Shown here piece after piece: positions 60,790 to 64,000 of a stretch of DNA of 64,000 bases (the first letter of the stretch is position 1; each line of letters begins with the position of its first letter). The stretch comes from Planctomycetaceae bacterium (lineage in GTDB: Bacteria > Planctomycetota > Planctomycetia > Planctomycetales > Planctomycetaceae). A model generated the notes under the pieces. That model saw only the letters and a program-made list of their open reading frames with translations, did not search any database and was not told the DNA's origin. The stretch covers positions 246,745-310,744 of the forward strand of contig JACKHO010000007.1 in assembly GCA_020638955.1 (NCBI GenBank). The letters are read 5' to 3'. The translations under genes and the position numbers were made by a program.

Positions 60790-60834
60790 CAAAACCTCAA
60801 TTCCAGCGCGTCATCTCGTGCTGATGCAGTCGTC

Positions 60835-62073
60835 ATGCCCACGCTTTCACCGGTCGCTTCTGCCCTTGTTCCTGTCGATTCCGCAGCAGCCGAGGCAATT
60901 AGTGCCCCGAATTACGACGAGTTTCAAAGCGATTTGGAAGTGTGGGAGATTCTGCAGCGACAGCCGAAGTCACTGCTGACCGTCACCATGTCGCACTGCC
61001 ACGTCGGCGACCTCAAGGATGCACCTTCAGAAGGTGGCGAGGTCGCACTGCAGCATGCCGCAGCCGAAATGCAGAAGCTTATTGACGACGAGCAAACGCG
61101 GACAATCGAGGGTTTGTTGTGGGTGTATGAGATTACCTCTCCGAAGCGTCCGAACGCTCCCCAACTTGGGGTTGGTGGCCACGGAGCCACTGCGGAAATT
61201 CGCACTGACGAGAACCCTGCAGGAAACATCATCCGCAATGAAGGCATTCGGCCCGAAAAAATGCAGGGCCGTGCCGATTTGCTGAACGCCATTAGTGCGG
61301 ACACGGGATTCGTGAATCTGGCAGTGCAGGACAAGTCTGGTCAGCTTCTGGATGCACTCAACCAGGTGGCAGCCTCACGAGCATGTGACCTGGAAGTGAT
61401 CGACGAAGACAAGAACCGCCACCGCGTCTGGTTCCTCACCGATGCAGCTCAGCAGCAGAAGTTCGTCGACCTCATCCAGGCCGAACCAGCCGCCTATGTG
61501 GCTGACGGAAACCACCGCAGCGCCGCGGCTGCCCAGCTCGGCAAGCCGCACTTTCTGTCCGTCTTTTTCCCAACCGGACGTCTGGGACTCGAGCCGTACA
61601 ACCGCCTTTTGCCACTCAATGGATTGTCAGCGGAAGAGTTCCTGGGAAAAGTGCAGGAGCAGTTTGAACTGGAGTCGCTCGGAGCCGTCGATACATATCG
61701 GCCCGACGCTGTCAACAAGTTCGGCCTTTACATTGGTGGGAGCTGGCATTCGCTGACACCCAAAGCTGGCAGTTTTAATCCCGACGATGCTGCCGAAGCC
61801 ATTGACGCCGCCATCATTCAGCAACACATCATTGATGGTCTGCTGGGAATGTCCGATGCCCGCGACAAACGCATCAACTACGTCGGCGGCAACAAAGACG
61901 CAGCGTATCTGAAAGCCCGCGTCGACGCTGGCGATTACGACCTCGCCCTTTCACTGGCTCCAGTGACCATGGATCAGTTCGTCGCGGTGTGCGAGCAAAA
62001 CAAGTTCATGCCACCGAAGTCGACCTGGTTCGATCCCAAAATCCGCACAGGACTGGTCATTTCGCTGCTGTAG
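60835..62073 (+). CDS. DUF1015-family protein.
   Basis: ADGNHRSAAA resembles the ADGHHR signature of DUF1015 (from memory). 412 aa, with no signal peptide. Confidence 0.65.
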   Translation: MPTLSPVASALVPVDSAAAEAISAPNYDEFQSDLEVWEILQRQPKSLLTVTMSHCHVGDLKDAPSEGGEVALQHAAAEMQKLIDDEQTRTIEGLLWVYEITSPKRPNAPQLGVGGHGATAEIRTDENPAGNIIRNEGIRPEKMQGRADLLNAISADTGFVNLAVQDKSGQLLDALNQVAASRACDLEVIDEDKNRHRVWFLTDAAQQQKFVDLIQAEPAAYVADGNHRSAAAAQLGKPHFLSVFFPTGRLGLEPYNRLLPLNGLSAEEFLGKVQEQFELESLGAVDTYRPDAVNKFGLYIGGSWHSLTPKAGSFNPDDAAEAIDAAIIQQHIIDGLLGMSDARDKRINYVGGNKDAAYLKARVDAGDYDLALSLAPVTMDQFVAVCEQNKFMPPKSTWFDPKIRTGLVISLL

Positions 62074-62090
62074 TTGGCGGAGACAGTCTT

Positions 62091-63353
62091 ATGGATCAAT
62101 CTACCGACCACCAACCGCGCCACTGGAAATCAGGGCTCATTGGGATGGTCGTTGTCGGTGGGTTGGCCACTGCGATTGCTCTTTCGATTGGCTTCTCGGC
62201 AGAGCTGCGGGAAAAAACCATTGCCCGGCAACTGCAAGACGTGCCGACCGATGACTTTCGAGCACAAGCTGCAGTTGTTGCGATCCGATATGAATCTCTA
62301 CCCAGGCTATGGGTGCGATATGCACTGCGTCCGACTCTCCTGGGATTGCTGAGTGGGCTACTTTTCTCCCACCTGTTCCTGCAGCGGGACAACATGTCGT
62401 CCCGCACGAGTGGTGCAATTCTGCTTGCACTAGCAATTGCCCTTGCCGCCAGCTACTGGTTCCCAGATTCCAACGGGCTCATTTACATCGACAGTCGAGA
62501 CCAGTTTCAATGGGCGGAAGACCTGCGAGCGGACCAACCCACCACACGCGAAGCCGCAGTTCACGCTGCTGTCGAACTGCTGAAGTGCCCACCGTTTTTC
62601 GGTCGAGCGTCACTCATTCATTCGCTCGGTGTCCTGGGCGATGAAGCTCAACCGGCAATTCCGGTGCTGAATTCGCTGAAGCATGATCCCGAACAGGACG
62701 TACGCGACGCCGCGGAAATGGCGCTGGAACAAATCACGGAGTCATGGGAACTGCAAATCGACGCCGTGCGCGGCGGTGTATCCCGCCGTATCGATATTTC
62801 ATTTCATGACGTCAATGATCACCAGCTTCTCGCGTTGAAAGAAGATTGCACCGCACTCGAAGTCTTGCAGCTTGAGCGGACGAACATCACGACACCTACA
62901 CTCGCAGAAGTCGTTCCCGGCATCCCGGCATTGAAACGCTTGAAACTCGGCGGGCCAGTGGATGCGGCGGCGTTCGAATCGATCGCACATCTGGAACACC
63001 TCGAAGTTTTGAACCTGCCGCAGGCCGAGTGTCCCACGGCCTCACTTCAGCAACTGGCGAAGCTGCCGCACCTCAATTTGCTGAGAATTGCTTCTGGCGA
63101 CATTGATGATGCTTCGCTCGAATGTCTCAAAGAGTTCCCGAGCCTGAAATATCTGCATCTCATCGACACTTCGATTTCAGACGACGGCCTTGCAGTCATT
63201 GCGAAGTTGCCAAACTTGCAGTCCTTCTACGTCGATGGCGGCCACTGCACCGAACGCGGCCTCGCTACGCTGCTCGAAGAGAATCCCCACCTGCACATTC
63301 ACTGGAACGACCTGCACCTCGACAACGACAGGTCAGGGCACACGCACGAGTGA
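62091..63353 (+). CDS. Membrane protein with HEAT-like and leucine-rich-repeat regions.
   Basis: Start MDQSTDH. Three TM helices, then an LGVLGDEAQPAIPVL HEAT-like segment and LRR-like LEVLQL/LKRLKL/LEVLNL/LNLLRI/LKYLHL repeats. Confidence 0.5.
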   Translation: MDQSTDHQPRHWKSGLIGMVVVGGLATAIALSIGFSAELREKTIARQLQDVPTDDFRAQAAVVAIRYESLPRLWVRYALRPTLLGLLSGLLFSHLFLQRDNMSSRTSGAILLALAIALAASYWFPDSNGLIYIDSRDQFQWAEDLRADQPTTREAAVHAAVELLKCPPFFGRASLIHSLGVLGDEAQPAIPVLNSLKHDPEQDVRDAAEMALEQITESWELQIDAVRGGVSRRIDISFHDVNDHQLLALKEDCTALEVLQLERTNITTPTLAEVVPGIPALKRLKLGGPVDAAAFESIAHLEHLEVLNLPQAECPTASLQQLAKLPHLNLLRIASGDIDDASLECLKEFPSLKYLHLIDTSISDDGLAVIAKLPNLQSFYVDGGHCTERGLATLLEENPHLHIHWNDLHLDNDRSGHTHE

Positions 63354-63448
63354 ATTGTTCGGGAGGGCGAGGCTCCGGCCGAGCCGCATTTCCGGATGCG
63401 GCCTTGAACCACCTTCGCGGCTCAGCCGGAGCTTCGCCCTCGTGGTGT

Positions 63449-63896
63449 CTAATTCGACTCGTCAGATTCCGCGTCGTCGATTTTGTAGAAATCAAACCTG
63501 AGATTGATGCGGAGTTCTGCGAGGGATGCCAGAAGTTCATATGGGTATGATTGGTCGCAAAGCCGATCAGCAAAGATTCCAATGAAGCACTCGATTTCAC
63601 CTCCCTCATCGGAAATATGTTCAAGGTAACCTCGATGAGGAGACAGCAACGCGATAACGCATTCGAGGAACGTCGGCAAATCATCGCCGTCACGGACGGG
63701 CAGTTCACACATCCAATGAGAGAAGTCGTAAACACGCCCCGGAATATTTCGGTCAGTTTGGCCAGCACCGGAGGTTCTCGAGGGTTCAATCCCCAAACAT
63801 GCTGTGACGTCCTCGGGGTTGATACTGGGATGAAGAATGTGCAGGGTGGCACAGTATTCGAAAGAATTGAGGCCAGCAGCATGCTTGGCTTTCTTC
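63449..63896 (-). CDS. DUF4279-like small protein.
   Basis: ATLHILHPSINPEDVTACLGIEP resembles the N-terminal block of DUF4279 (from memory). The ORF extends to 63970, but MKKAK is the more plausible start. Confidence 0.4.
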
Positions 63897-64000
63897 ATGG
63901 AGTTCGTGCATTCGCCGGCAGATTGAGTTTTGTTCGGTAAAGACAAACCTGCCACACCAGCAGCTGCCAACGCAGCAGACCAGCGAGCAGGGTCTTGTAA

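Noticed and set aside
63265-63882. 205-aa minus-strand ORF.
   Set aside because: It overlaps the DUF4279-like ORF in another frame and the 3' end of the LRR/HEAT gene. It has Arg/Pro/Ala-rich antisense-type composition.

Overview
This is a 64-kb chromosomal window that looks planctomycete-like. The clues are several Cys-type sulfatases, a DUF1559 protein with a prepilin-type N-terminus, TAT-signal oxidoreductases, a BBP7-like beta-barrel protein and many secreted Gly/Pro-rich proteins. I read about 50 protein genes plus one tRNA-Asp(GTC).

Housekeeping genes: cysS, truA, ribF, an nrnA-like DHH phosphoesterase, a rimI-like GNAT, and a PduO-type cobalamin adenosyltransferase.

Glycan and sulfatase theme: two intact sulfatases in an operon, a third that is frameshifted, a GH88/GH105-like hydrolase and a BNR sialidase-like protein.

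Membrane and transport: an NfeD/YqiJ-flotillin operon, a MATE efflux pump, and an SSS transporter carrying a soluble insertion.

Mobile DNA: an IS1595-family element (10965-13356) has perfect 23-bp terminal inverted repeats and an 8-bp target duplication. It sits inside a histidine kinase gene directly upstream of its response regulator, and it carries a 208-aa passenger gene. An IS1182/IS5-like element (29108-30703) has imperfect inverted repeats, and a solo fragment of its end lies about 365 bp upstream.

Non-coding features I could see directly: two families of roughly 110-135 bp intergenic repeats, one in 5' leaders (8239-8348 and 43962-44072) and one terminator-like and 3' of genes (57246-57377 and 57990-58120). 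There are also several strong intrinsic terminators and a compound hairpin element that overlaps a truncated signal-peptide sORF.

Other items worth a second look are a translationally coupled pair of paralogous P-loop GTPases, one of which has a DUF697-like C-terminus, a divergent pair of secreted Gly/Pro-repeat proteins (EF-hand and LTXXQ-like), and a degenerate KMSKS region in CysRS.

I saw no CRISPR array and no rRNA. I did not find one clear novel multi-gene system; the strongest candidates for follow-up are the IS1595 passenger gene, the GTPase pair and the two repeat families.
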